Assembly (NCBI GenBank): GCA_963765835.1
Contig: CAVXYF010000010.1
Location: 68,899 to 132,898 of the forward strand
Length of the DNA stretch: 64,000 nt
Direction: 5' to 3'
From: an uncultured Acidobacteriota bacterium
GTDB lineage: Bacteria; Acidobacteriota; Thermoanaerobaculia; UBA5066; Gp7-AA6
A model generated the notes under the pieces. That model saw nothing but the letters and a program-made list of their open reading frames with translations. It did no database searches and had not been told where the DNA came from. The translations under genes were made by a program, and so were the position numbers. Position 1 is the stretch's first letter; each line of letters opens with the position of its first letter. Positions 1 to 9,995 of the stretch are shown piece by piece.

Positions 1-10
1 AGGTGAAGCG

Positions 11-1655
11 GTGAGCGAAGTCCGGGGTCTGATCCCCGGCGGGGGTCAGATCCCGCGCGACAGGTTGACCGACGTCCTCGTGCTCGGCACGGGCATCGCC
101 GGCTGCTCGGCGGCGCTGGCCGCGGCGCGGGAAGGCGCGGACGTCACCGTGGTGACGCGCGCCCGCGAGGTGGCCGAGTCCAACACCTTCTACGCGCAGG
201 GCGGCATCGTGGCGCGACCCGCGGGAGACTCTCCGGACCTGCTCGCCGCGGACATCGAGCGCGCGGGCGACGGGCTCTGTAACCCGGAAGCCGTCATGCT
301 CCTCGCCCGCGAAGGGTCCCGACCTGGTGAAGGAGCTCCTGATCGAGGAGCTCAAGGTGCCCTTCGACCGCGAGGGAGACGACTTTCACTGGACCCTGGA
401 GGGGGCGCACTCGGTCGCGCGGGTCCTCCACGTCAAGGACGAAACGGGCGCTCCGATCGAGAACGCGCTGATCGGGGCCTGCCGGCGCGAGAAGAACATC
501 CGATGGCTGCGTTGCGACCACCGCGGTCGACCTGCTCACGCTGTCGCACGACTCCCTCGACCCGACCGACCGGTACGACCGGCCGACGGTCGTCGGCGCG
601 CACGTGCTCGATCGCAAGACCGGAGAAGTCCGGCCGGTGCTCGCGCGGGAGACGATCCTCGCGACCGGCGGCCTCGGACAGGTGTACCTCCACACCACCA
701 ACCCCCAGGGGCGCGCGGCGACGGGATCGCGATGGCGCGCCGCGCCGGAGCGCGTCTCCTGAACCTCGAGTTCATCCAGTTCCATCCGACGGCCCTCGTC
801 CACCCGAAGGGGCGCCTGCTCCTGACCGAGGCCCTGCGCGGGGAGGGCGCGCGCATTACCGACGCGGCGGGCAACTCGTTCCTCGCAGAGGTTCACCCCG
901 ACGCCGAGCTCGCGCCCCGCGACGTGGTCGCGCGGGCGATTCACCAGCGGATGCTGGAGCGCGACGAGCCGTACGCCCTCCTCGACATCTCGCACAAACC
1001 GGCGGAGTGGATTCGGGAGCGCTTCCCGGGCTTGACGAGACGGTGTCTCGAGTACGGCTTCGACCTGACCGCCGGGCCCATCCCCGTCGTTCCCGCGGCG
1101 CACTATTCGTGCGGCGGCGTGGCGGTGGACGCGGACGGGCGCACGACGCTCGGGCACCTGCGCGCGGTCGGCGAGGTTTCGTGCACCGGCGTCCACGGGG
1201 CGAACCGGCTCGCCTCGACGTCGCTCCTCGAGGGGCTGCTCTGGGGCTGGCGCGCCGGGACGGCCGCCGCCCGTAAGGTGAGGCGGACGCGCGACTGCGC
1301 GCTGCCCGCGGTCCGGCCCTGGCAGCCGGAGTTCGAGCCGGTCGATCCCGCGCTGATCGCGCAGGACTGGATGGTCATCCGCAACACGATGTGGAACTAC
1401 GTCGGGCTCCTGCGCTCGGAGAAGCGGCTCGACCGGGCCGGCCGGATCTTAGGAGAGCTGCAGGGCGAGATCGAGGACTTCTACCGGCGCGGCACGATGT
1501 CCGACGCACTCCTCGGCCTGCGAAACGGTATCCAGACCGCGCTCGCGATCCACCGCGCCGCTTCGGACAACCGGGTCTCGAAGGGAACTCACTACCGCGA
1601 GAACGGTGCGGCGGACGTTCCCGCGCCCTCCCGGAAGCGGGCGACGCTGCTATAG
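11..1655 (+). pseudogene. nadB: L-aspartate oxidase NadB; frame broken by at least 3 single-base indels (near 314, 510, 705)
   Basis: FAD-binding N-terminus VLVLGTGIAGCSAALAAAREG and SNTFYAQGGIVA; later LEFIQFHPTAL, RLLLTEALRGEGA, HYSCGGVAVD. The protein only reconstructs by switching among three frames at G/C homopolymer runs. Confidence 0.75.
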
Positions 1656-1824
1656 TCCGCGGCCTCCTGCCATGAGCCTTCTCTACCTCGCACTACGAGA
1701 GCGACGAACGCGCGGGCCGGGTCCAGAAGCTCGCCCGCAGCGGGGCGCACATGCATCGTTTCCGAGCCGAGGTGGCCGGGATTCTTCGAGATCGCGAAGC
1801 GGGAGAAGCCCTATCGCGATCGCG

Positions 1825-2270
1825 ATGGACTTCTCACACGCGCCGTCTCACGCCCTCGAGACCGCGGACTACATCGCCAAGGCCAAGGAGACCAAGGACG
1901 TCGCGCTGTACCTGCTGCGCGTTCCGGAGCGACCGGCTGGACGCCGTCCGAAGCGGCTGCCCCAGGCGACGATCACACGGAGCCGAGCTCTCGGACGGCT
2001 CGCCGAGATGGAGCGGGAAGCGCAGAAACGCGCCCGCCAGAAAAAGGAGGCCGCGGCGATCGCCCGGCGAACCGCGTCGGCCGCCCGGCAGGCCGCGAAG
2101 AAAGCGGCCGGGGGACCCGGAAACCCGTGGCGAAGGCCGCGAAGGCGCCGAAGAAGGCCAAGGCGCCCACGCCCGCGAAGAAAAAGGCCGCGCCCGCGCC
2201 GAAAAAGAAGAGCGCGGCAAAGTCGGGCCCGCCGAAAAAGAAATCCGTCCGACCCGCCAAGAAGAAGTAA
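1825..2270 (+). CDS. Lys/Ala-rich histone H1-like small basic protein; one +1 frameshift in a G-run near 2111-2116
   Basis: ATG at 1825 after GGAGAAG. C-terminal tail KPVAKAAKAPKKAKAPTPAKKKAAPAPKKKSAAKSGPPKKKSVRPAKKK ends at TAA 2268-2270, joined to the N-terminal part only via a frame shift. Confidence 0.45.
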
Positions 2271-2352
2271 GCCGCTCCGGCGGCGCGCCGTTCCCGTCCC
2301 GAAGAAAACCGCCTCCTCCGATACAATCGCCGCCTTTCGAACGGGAGGATTG

Positions 2353-3754
2353 ATGCTCGCAGCATTTCAGAAGGAGGACCTCCGGGAGTACGCGGTCGGG
2401 CGCCGCGGAAAGTACGAGGAGGCCCTGGAAAAGATGGTGGAGATCCCGACCGTCTCGGTCGAGCCGGAGCGGAAGGCCGACGTCCGCCGGCGGCGCGGAG
2501 TTTGCGGTTTCGCTCCTCGAGTCTTTCGGGGCGAAGGCCCGGCTCTACGAGACGAAGGGACACCGCATCGTCTACGGCCGCTTCGACGGGGCGCCAACCT
2601 CCCGACGATCACGGTCTACAACCATCTGGACGTGCAGCCGGCCGACGGGCCCGACTGGAAGACCGCGCCCTTCGACTTCGTCCGAAGAAGGGCGACCGTT
2701 ACTTCGGCCGCGGCACGACGGACGACAAGGGTCCGGCGATGACCGCGCTGTTCGGCGCGCAGCTACGCGTGGGAGCAGGACATCCCGGTCAAACGTCCAC
2801 TTCCTCTGGGAGCTCGAGGAGGAAATCGGAAGCCCGCACTTCGAGACGACCATCAAGGAACACGCCAAGGAGTTCGCGACCGACTCCGTCGTCGTTTCCG
2901 ACACGGTGTGGGTCTCGCGCGCGCGTCCGGCCCAGCCGGCCGGCCTGCGCGGCCTCCAGGGTTTCCGATTCACGCTCCAGACCGGAGAGACCGATCAGCA
3001 CTCCGGCACCGCCGGCGGCGCGGCGCGCAACCCCGTGACGGAGATCTGCCAGGCTCATCGCGGAGTGCGTGGACGGCCGCACGGGCCGGGTCAAGATCCC
3101 GGGGTTCTACGAGGACGTCGTCCCGCCGACGAAACGGGAGCTGGAGGACCTCAAAAACTGCGGCTTCACGACGAAGGACTTCAAGCGCGACCACATGTTC
3201 CGGTCACTGCGCGTGGACGACCCGCTGGAGATCATGAAGCGGGTCTGGATGATGCCGACTTTCGAGGTCCACGGGATCGCGGGCGGCTACCAGGGACCCG
3301 GGCGTCAAGACGATCATCCCGCCGAAGGCGACGGCGATCGTCTCCTGCCGCCTCGTGCCGAACATGAACCCGAAGAAGATCGTCCGGCTCGTCACGGAGT
3401 TCGTGAAGGGAAAGAACCCCGACGTGAAGGTTGAGCGCGGAGCACGCGCTCCCGGCCTACCAGGGCCAGACCACGGGACCGTACGCCGACGCGATCCGCG
3501 GCGCGATGAAGTTCGCGTTCGGCAAGGAGCCCGTCTTCGTGCGCGAGGGCGGCTCGATCGGCGCGGTGCTCTCGATGGAACGGGTCCTGAAGTCGCCGGT
3601 GTACTTCCTCGGCCTTTCGCTGCCCGAGCACGGGTACCACGCGCCGAACGAGAACTTCGACTGGCGGCAGGCCGAGGGCGGCATGGCGGCGTTCGCGGAC
3701 TACTTCCGCCGCGTCGCGGATCTCGGAAAGCCGACGTCGAGGTCGCGGATTTGA
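2353..3754 (+). pseudogene. M20 family metallopeptidase (dipeptidase/ArgE/DapE/CPG2-like); at least 5 frameshifts
   Basis: ATG 2353 after GGGAGG. Segments in three frames: PTVSVEPERKADV, GRGTTDDKGP (M20 active-site motif), [78 protein letters not shown]. Confidence 0.65.
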
Positions 3755-4102
3755 TCAGCGCTTCGGCGTCTCCTCGAACCCGATCAGGCGGCGGAAGAAA
3801 CCCCGCCGCTCCGGCTCGCGCTTGACGAGGAGCTGCTCGAGCTCGCCGCGGTCGAAGAAGATCCCCTCGCAGGACGAGCACTTCTCGACCTCGATGTCGG
3901 CGATGTTCTCGACGTTCATGTCGCTGCCGCACTTGGGGCACTTCCGCCAGTGCGCCTTGCGGCGTTCCTCGGACTCGCTGGACTCTTTCGCTTTCTCCGC
4001 GAGCTCACGTTTCTTCCGCGCCGCCTCGATCAGCGCGGCTTCGTTCTGCCGGAACCAGTCGTCCTCGCGCCCCTTGCGGATGTCCTCTGTGTCGAAAGCC
4101 AT
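3755..4102 (-). CDS. zf-TFIIB-type zinc-ribbon domain protein
   Basis: Intact 115-aa ORF with CPKCGSDM...(16)...[18 protein letters not shown], the CxxC...CxxCxGxWxDxxEL pattern. It lies 22 nt downstream of dapD on the same strand. Confidence 0.6.
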   Translation of the reverse strand: MAFDTEDIRKGREDDWFRQNEAALIEAARKKRELAEKAKESSESEERRKAHWRKCPKCGSDMNVENIADIEVEKCSSCEGIFFDRGELEQLLVKREPERRGFFRRLIGFEETPKR

Positions 4103-4124
4103 GTCGGGGATTCTAGGCTACTCG

Positions 4125-4967
4125 CTACCGTAAAAGGTCCTCGAGACCCGCCGACGCGTCCGTCTTCGCGTCGCGATACTTCACGATCACCGGGGTCTGA
4201 AGGGAGAGTCCCCACTCTTTTCCCTTGCCGTCGCGGATCGCCCGGGCGCCGGGCACGACCACCGCTCCCGCCGGAATCTCGAGCGGCCGGCCGGGTTGCC
4301 GCCGGTACTCCTCTCCTCGCACGAGGTCGTAGACGGGCGTCCCTCCCGTGAGGATGGTTCCCGCGGCGATCACCGCCCTCTCCCGAACCACGGCTCCTTC
4401 GTAGATCCCGCAGTTGCCGCCGACGAGCACGTCGTCCTCGACGACCACCGGTAGCTCCCCCACCGGCTCCAACACCCCGCCGATCTGCGCGCCCGCCGAG
4501 ACGTGGACGCGGCGGCCGATCTGCGCGCACGAACCGACGAGGACGTGCGAGTCGAGGAGCGTCCCCTCTCCGATCCAGGCGCCGACGTTGACGTAGGAGG
4601 GGGGCATGATCGTGACCCCGCGCCCGAGGTAGCAGCCGTCGCGCACCGCGGTCCCGCCCGGGACGATCCGAACCCCGGAGTCGGGCGTCAGGGTCTTCAG
4701 CGGGAACGTGTCCTTGTCGAAGAAGGGAAAGAGCGGGTCTCGAAGCTCCACGATCTCGCCCATCCGGAAGCCGAGCAGGATCCCCTTTTTGACCCACGTC
4801 GCGACGACCCAGCGATCGCCCTCTTTCGCGGCGGCGCGGATCGTTCCGTCGTTCAGCCCCGCCTTGAGCTCCTCGAAGACGCGGCGCAGCTCGGCCCGCG
4901 GCTGCCGCTCCGGTTCCGCCGCTGCGGCCTCGATCGAGCGGGCGAGGTTCTCCGTCTCGCGCTTCAC
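4125..4967 (-). CDS. dapD: 2,3,4,5-tetrahydropyridine-2,6-dicarboxylate N-succinyltransferase
   Basis: 280 aa with hexapeptide-repeat left-handed beta-helix region (GVRIVPGGTAVRDGCYLGRGVTIMPPSYVNVGAWIGEGTLLDSHVLVGSCAQIGRRVHVSAGAQIGG), typical DapD length and layout. Confidence 0.85.
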   Translation of the reverse strand: MKRETENLARSIEAAAAEPERQPRAELRRVFEELKAGLNDGTIRAAAKEGDRWVVATWVKKGILLGFRMGEIVELRDPLFPFFDKDTFPLKTLTPDSGVRIVPGGTAVRDGCYLGRGVTIMPPSYVNVGAWIGEGTLLDSHVLVGSCAQIGRRVHVSAGAQIGGVLEPVGELPVVVEDDVLVGGNCGIYEGAVVRERAVIAAGTILTGGTPVYDLVRGEEYRRQPGRPLEIPAGAVVVPGARAIRDGKGKEWGLSLQTPVIVKYRDAKTDASAGLEDLLR

Positions 4968-4977
4968 GCCGGGAGGG

Positions 4978-5910
4978 CTATCGCGCCGCGACTTTCTTCG
5001 GGAGGAGCTTCAGACCGCCGATAAGCTTTTCGATCCTCCGCCGGGTGTCGTCGCGCACCGGCACCAGCGGGAGCCGGAGGGTGTCTCCGCACCGGCCCAT
5101 GGCGGAGAGTGCCGCTTTCGCGGGCCCCGGGCTCGACTCCCAGAAATTCATCTCCATGAGCGGGAGGTACTTTCTCTGCAGCCTCCGCGCTTCGTCCCAG
5201 TGGTCGTCCAGCGCCGCTCCCACGAGCGCCTTCATCTCCGCCGGGATTTCGTTCGACGCCACGGAGATGAGTCCGCGGCCGCCGAGCGCGATGAGCGCGA
5301 GCGCGGTCGAGTCCTCTCCCGAGAAAACGACGAAGTCCTCGGGGAGCGCGGTCATGAGACGCGCGATCTTTCCGAAGTTGGGGGACGCTTCCTTCAAGCC
5401 CACGATCCGCGGAATCTCGGCCAGGCGCAGGATCGTCTCGACGTCCATGTCGGTGCCGGTGCGCGAGGGGACGTTGTAGACGATGACCGGGACGTCCGCG
5501 GCCTCCGCGATCGCGGAGAAGTGCCGGACGAGTCCCTCGGGGGAGGGCCGGTTGTACATCGGCGAGACCGAGAGAATTGCGTCGGCTCCGACCTCGACCG
5601 CGTCTCGCGCCCAGAACACAGCCTTGGCGGTGTGATTGCCGCCGGCTCCCGCGATGACGGGCACGCGGCCGTCCGCGGCTTTCACGACCGCGGCCGTGAC
5701 GCCCTTGCGCTCCTCGCCGGACAGCGTCGCAGACTCCCCCGTCGTTCCGCAGGGGACGAGGAAGTCGATCCCCGAGGAGATCTGCCACTCGACGAGCTTC
5801 GCCAGACTGCGGAAGTCGATCCGCCCTTTGTCGTCGAACGGCGTGACCAGAGCGGTCCCGCATCCCTTCCAGTCCACTCGATGCACGGGTGCCTCCTTCT
5901 CAGCGCGCAT
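4978..5910 (-). CDS. dapA: 4-hydroxy-tetrahydrodipicolinate synthase
   Basis: 310 aa. ALVTPF...VPCGTTGESATLS...IAGAG...VYNVPSRTG motifs of the DapA/NAL family. Confidence 0.9.
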   Translation of the reverse strand: MRAEKEAPVHRVDWKGCGTALVTPFDDKGRIDFRSLAKLVEWQISSGIDFLVPCGTTGESATLSGEERKGVTAAVVKAADGRVPVIAGAGGNHTAKAVFWARDAVEVGADAILSVSPMYNRPSPEGLVRHFSAIAEAADVPVIVYNVPSRTGTDMDVETILRLAEIPRIVGLKEASPNFGKIARLMTALPEDFVVFSGEDSTALALIALGGRGLISVASNEIPAEMKALVGAALDDHWDEARRLQRKYLPLMEMNFWESSPGPAKAALSAMGRCGDTLRLPLVPVRDDTRRRIEKLIGGLKLLPKKVAAR

Positions 5911-6589
5911 CCGCCAGCAGCTCTCCGAACTCGAACACTCCCTGGCGTCCTGCGACGCGCTCCGCCGCCCAGACCGCGCCGCGGGCGAAGCCGGCCCGGC
6001 CGCGCGCGCGGTGGATCAACTCGACCTCGTCCTCCGGCGATTCGAACACCAGGCGATGCAGCCCGGGGACCGTCCCCGCTCGCGCGGACGCGATCGGCGG
6101 CGCCTCGCTCGACTCCGCCTGAACGATCGCGGCGATCCTCCGGGCGGTCCCGGAGGGAGCGTCCTTCTTTTCGGCGTGGTGCTCCTCGACGAGGTACGCG
6201 GCGTAGCCGGCCGGCGGATAGAGACCCGCGGCGACCTTCACGAGGTCGAAGAAGTTCCTCACGCCGACCGAAAAGTTCGAGGCGTGCACGAGCGCGCCCC
6301 CTCCCGACCGGAAGGCCGAGGCCACGCGCGGGAGCTCGCGGTCCCACCCGGTCGTCCCGCAGACGACTGTCGCTCCGGAACCGGCGAGCGCGCTCAGGTT
6401 CGCCGGCGCCGCGACGGGATTGGTGAACTCGAAGACGACGTCCGCTCCGGAAATCCTCTCCGGCGTCAGCCCGGCGCCGCCGGCATTCTCCCGGGAGTCG
6501 AGCTTCCAGACGACGTCGTGACCCCGCCGGGCCGCCATGGTTTCGATCTCCGCGCCCATCTTGCCGGCTCCGACGATGCCGAAGCGCAT
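5900..6589 (-). CDS. dapB: 4-hydroxy-tetrahydrodipicolinate reductase
   Basis: MRFGIVGAGKMG Rossmann start, EEHHAEKKDAPSGTA (E(L/E)HHxxKxDxPSGTA DapB signature). It overlaps dapA by 11 nt. Confidence 0.9.
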   Translation of the reverse strand: MRFGIVGAGKMGAEIETMAARRGHDVVWKLDSRENAGGAGLTPERISGADVVFEFTNPVAAPANLSALAGSGATVVCGTTGWDRELPRVASAFRSGGGALVHASNFSVGVRNFFDLVKVAAGLYPPAGYAAYLVEEHHAEKKDAPSGTARRIAAIVQAESSEAPPIASARAGTVPGLHRLVFESPEDEVELIHRARGRAGFARGAVWAAERVAGRQGVFEFGELLADAR

Positions 6590-6600
6590 CCTTCCCCCTC

Positions 6601-6668
6601 GTCATCCTGAGCGGAGCGAAGGATCCCTTGTTTTTCGAAGTCTTCGGCCCTGCGGGCCTCAGAATGAC
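6601..6668. repeat. MITE/REP-like palindromic element, copy 1 (right arm degenerate)
   Basis: GTCATCCTGAGCGGAGCGAAGGATCCC...CCTCAGAATGAC. Intergenic between dapB and lysC. Same core as copies at 31236, 33621 and 36622. Confidence 0.6.
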
Positions 6669-6678
6669 GAGGCGGATC

Positions 6679-8025
6679 TTATTCGAAGAACTCCCGGTGC
6701 AGCCGCCGGACGACGCCTTCGACATCTCTTTCTTCCACCACGAACGAGACGTTTCTCCGCGAGGCGCCCTGGGAAATCATCAGGACGTTCACGTCTTCGA
6801 TCGTCCGGAAGATGCGGGCCGCCAGGCCCGGGGTGAACTTCAAGTCCTGCCCGACCAGGCAAACGAGCGCGCGGTCGCGGGCGACCTCGACCTGCGCCAG
6901 CCGCTCGAGGTCCCGCCGCACCTCGGGCAGGCGTGCGAGATCGTCCACGGTGACCGACACCGAGATCTCGGACGTCGAGACCATGTCGACGGGTGTTTCC
7001 CACCGCGCGAAGACGTCGAAGAGCGTCCGCAGGAATCCGGACGCCATCAGCATCCGGCTCGTCACCACGTCCACCGTCGCGATCCCCTTCTTGAAGGCGA
7101 TCGAGCGCACGCCTAGCCCCTCCGAGCCGGCCGTCGCACGGATCTCGGTTCCGGGAAAGTCGGGCCGACGCGAGTTCTTCACGCGAACCGGGATGCCCTT
7201 CTCGATCGCGGGCGACAGCGTCAGCGGGTGGAGGACGCGAGCGCCGAAGTACGCCAGCTCCGAGGCCTCCTCGAACGAAATCGTCGCGATCGGCCGCGCG
7301 TTCGGAACGACCCGCGGGTCGGCCGTCATCATTCCGTCGACGTCCGTCCAGATTTCGACGGCCTCCGCCTCGAGCGCCGCCCCGAAGAGGGCGGCGGTGT
7401 AGTCCGAGCCCCCGCGGCCGAGGGTCGTCGTGGCTCCCGCGTGGCTCGAGCCGATATATCCGGCGGCGACCGGGATCCGGCCCTCCGCGCAGATCGGGGC
7501 GACCTTCGCCCGCACCCGCCGATCCGTCTCCTGCAGGTCGGGCTGCGCGCGGCCGAATCGGTCGTCGGTCACGACGAGCTCCCGGGAATCGACCGGCACC
7601 GCCGGCAGAGACCGGGCGCAGAGCGCCTTCGCGACGACGCCTCCCGCGGCCATCTCGCCGTGGGCCAGGAAGTGGTCTCGGCCCGCCGCAGGCACGGAGC
7701 GGAGGACCGCCACTGCGCGCGCCATGCGCGAGAGCTCGTCGAACAGCGGAGAGACGTCCGCCTCGACCGCGGCCGACCCCGCGCCGAAGAAATCTTTCAG
7801 CACGCGCTCGGTGTCCCGCTGCATCCGGGAGAGGCAGGTGAGGGCCCGTGCCTCCTCTCCTACCGCGGCCAGCTCGAGCGATTCGACGAGACGGTCGGTC
7901 GTGTCCCCCATCGCCGAGACGACGACCACGGCGCTTTCGCCGCGAGACCGCTCCACGATTCCGCACAGCCGCTCGAGCGCGGCCGCGTCCTCGAGCGACG
8001 TGCCGCCGAACTTCTGGATGAGCAC
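6679..8025 (-). CDS. lysC: aspartate kinase
   Basis: 448 aa. KFGGTS...VVVVSAMG...TLGRGGSDYTAA...C-terminal ACT-domain region. Confidence 0.9.
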   Translation of the reverse strand: MLIQKFGGTSLEDAAALERLCGIVERSRGESAVVVVSAMGDTTDRLVESLELAAVGEEARALTCLSRMQRDTERVLKDFFGAGSAAVEADVSPLFDELSRMARAVAVLRSVPAAGRDHFLAHGEMAAGGVVAKALCARSLPAVPVDSRELVVTDDRFGRAQPDLQETDRRVRAKVAPICAEGRIPVAAGYIGSSHAGATTTLGRGGSDYTAALFGAALEAEAVEIWTDVDGMMTADPRVVPNARPIATISFEEASELAYFGARVLHPLTLSPAIEKGIPVRVKNSRRPDFPGTEIRATAGSEGLGVRSIAFKKGIATVDVVTSRMLMASGFLRTLFDVFARWETPVDMVSTSEISVSVTVDDLARLPEVRRDLERLAQVEVARDRALVCLVGQDLKFTPGLAARIFRTIEDVNVLMISQGASRRNVSFVVEERDVEGVVRRLHREFFE

Positions 8026-8030
8026 GGAAG

Positions 8031-8058
8031 TTAGCTGTTAGCTGTCAGCTGTCAGCCA
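8031..8058. repeat. 7-bp microsatellite (TAGCTGT/CAGCTGT) x4 in the asd-lysC spacer
   Basis: GTTAGCTGTTAGCTGTCAGCTGTCAGCC read directly. Confidence 0.5.
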
Positions 8059-8078
8059 TCGGTAAGAAGCCGACCGCT

Positions 8079-9140
8079 TCACTTCAACAGTCCTCTCGCC
8101 ACAGCGAGCTCCGCGTTCAGGATCGACGCGCCCGCCGCGCCGCGAACCGTGTTGTGTCCGAGAACCGTGAACTTCCAGTCGAGGAGCGGACACGCCTTCA
8201 GCCCGCCAACCACGGTGCACATGCCCTTGTCCGCGTCGACGTCCCGGCGGGGTTGGGGCCGTCCCGCCTCGCGGAGGTACAGGACCGGCCGCTTCGGCGC
8301 CGACGGCAGCGCCGCGACTTCCTCGTTGCCGCGAAAGCCCTGCCACGCCGCTTCCATCTCCTCCGCGGAGGCCGTTCTCGAAAGACCCACCGAGATCGAC
8401 TCCGTGTGTCCGTCTTCCACCGGCACGCGGTTGGTCATGGCCGAGACGACGAGGGCCGCGGGTCCGCCGAGACCGTCGTTCGCTCCTCCGAGAATCTTCG
8501 CGACCTCTCGCTCGATCTTCTCGGCCTCGCCCGGAATGTCGGGGATCACGTTGCCCAGGATGTCGAGCGAAGCGACGCCCGGGTAGCCCGCTCCCGACAC
8601 GGCCTGCATCGTCGAGACGAACGCTCTCTCGACGCCAAAGGCGCTCGCGAGCGGCGCGAGCGCCATGGTCACGAACATCGCGGAGCAGTTCGCGTTCGTG
8701 ACGAGCGCTCCGCTCCAGCCGCGCTCTCCCCGCTGGCGGTCGAGAAGGCGCAGCGAGTCCGGGTTGATCTCGGGAATGAGGAGCGGGACGTCCTCGTCCA
8801 TGCGATGAGCGGAGGCGTTGGAGAAGACGAAGACCCCGCTCCGCGCGAAAAACGGCTCGACGTCCCGGGCGATGACCGCGTCGAGCGCCGAAAAGACGGC
8901 CCGGCAGGGAAGCACTTCGCCGACGGACCGGACCTTCAGGGAAGCGATCTCGTCAGGAAGGTGGGAGGGGAGCCGCCACCGCGCCGCCTCGCCGTAGGGC
9001 CGGCCCGCGGACCGTTCGGATGCGGCCAGGGCCGAGATGACGAACCACGGATGGTCAGCGAGCCGCTCCACGAAACGCTGGCCCACCGTTCCGGTCGCGC
9101 CGAGAACGCCGACCGGGATCTTCTCGGGAATCGCCGCCAT
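8079..9140 (-). CDS. asd: aspartate-semialdehyde dehydrogenase
   Basis: 353 aa. [17 protein letters not shown](P)-binding start, active-site Cys in VTNANCSAM, ...SGAGYPG. Confidence 0.9.
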   Translation of the reverse strand: MAAIPEKIPVGVLGATGTVGQRFVERLADHPWFVISALAASERSAGRPYGEAARWRLPSHLPDEIASLKVRSVGEVLPCRAVFSALDAVIARDVEPFFARSGVFVFSNASAHRMDEDVPLLIPEINPDSLRLLDRQRGERGWSGALVTNANCSAMFVTMALAPLASAFGVERAFVSTMQAVSGAGYPGVASLDILGNVIPDIPGEAEKIEREVAKILGGANDGLGGPAALVVSAMTNRVPVEDGHTESISVGLSRTASAEEMEAAWQGFRGNEEVAALPSAPKRPVLYLREAGRPQPRRDVDADKGMCTVVGGLKACPLLDWKFTVLGHNTVRGAAGASILNAELAVARGLLK

Positions 9141-9170
9141 CCCGCGAGTCTAACCGCGGAGCCCCGCCCG

Positions 9171-9176
9171 TATAAT
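9171..9176 (+). promoter_or_regulatory. candidate -10 box (TATAAT) 25 nt upstream of the 9201 ORF; weak -35
   Basis: Perfect TATAAT in an otherwise GC-rich spacer. The -35 (GTCTAA) is poor. Confidence 0.2.
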
Positions 9177-9200
9177 CGAAGACGTTCACGGAAAACTCAA

Positions 9201-9614
9201 ATGAGCTCCTCCTCGCCCGGACCCCGATGCCCGCGATGCAATCGAACGCTCGCCGCGTGGCGGCTGGCTCACTGTGTGTACTGCGGTGAGACCTTTCCAC
9301 CCGACCTGAAAGACGGCTTTCAGGAACCCGAGGCGCTCAAGTGGATCGACCGGCCGGCGATCCCGAAAGACGCCGCGCGTCAGCTCGAGGTGATGAAGGT
9401 GCTCCCGTGGGAGGGAAAGAAGAAGCCGCGTCCTATGCTGCTCCTGGCAGCTGGCTTCTCGTTCGCGGTGTTCGCGGCCATTTTCGTGCTGCTCTTCCTC
9501 AACATGAAGAGATCCATGCCCACGGTCGGCTTTCTCGTACTGGTCGTGGGCGCGGTGTTCCTGGGGTACCTCGTCACGGCATTTCTCCGCGCATTTCGCC
9601 GCGGATCGAGCTGA
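9201..9614 (+). CDS. zinc-ribbon plus two-TM membrane protein, hypothetical
   Basis: PRCPRCNRT...CVYCGE, then two hydrophobic helices. It is the 3' part of a longer antisense ORF, and only this part looks protein-like. Confidence 0.45.
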   Translation: MSSSSPGPRCPRCNRTLAAWRLAHCVYCGETFPPDLKDGFQEPEALKWIDRPAIPKDAARQLEVMKVLPWEGKKKPRPMLLLAAGFSFAVFAAIFVLLFLNMKRSMPTVGFLVLVVGAVFLGYLVTAFLRAFRRGSS

Positions 9615-9713
9615 CGGCTCCGTTGCCGTCTTCTGCGCCGTCGCGTTCCGAGCCGCCTCCGGACGTGAAAAAGCCCCGGTTTCCCGGGGCTCGGGGATCG
9701 GATACCGGAGCGA

Positions 9714-9863
9714 TCAGACGACGGGCCGACCCTGGATCAGGCGGATGATGAGAACCACGACTGCGATCACCAGGAGAATGTGGACGAAGCCTCCCATGGT
9801 GTAGCCCGTAATCAACCCCAAGAGCCACAGAACCAGCAGGATGATGAAAATGGTCCAAAGCAT
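9714..9863 (-). CDS. small membrane protein (lmo0937-like family)
   Basis: MLWTIFIILLVLWLLGLITGYTMGGFVHILLVIAVVVLIIRLIQGRPVV. Strong RBS AAAGGAGGAG. Confidence 0.5.
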   Translation of the reverse strand: MLWTIFIILLVLWLLGLITGYTMGGFVHILLVIAVVVLIIRLIQGRPVV

Positions 9864-9995
9864 GGTGTCGTCTCCTCCTTTAAGTTCGAGCCACCGGAGG
9901 CAGCCCAAAACCTACAGCGAAGCCCGTGCCAGATTCGACCCCCGGCGCCGCCCGTCTCCCCTCCGGGCGGGGCACCGGCGGGGGACCGCAGAGGC

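Noticed and set aside
8154-9200. 5' 1 kb of the 486-aa plus-strand ORF
   Set aside because: It is antisense to the intact asd gene and has low-complexity translation. Only the 3' part from ATG 9201 (zinc-ribbon plus TM protein) was kept.
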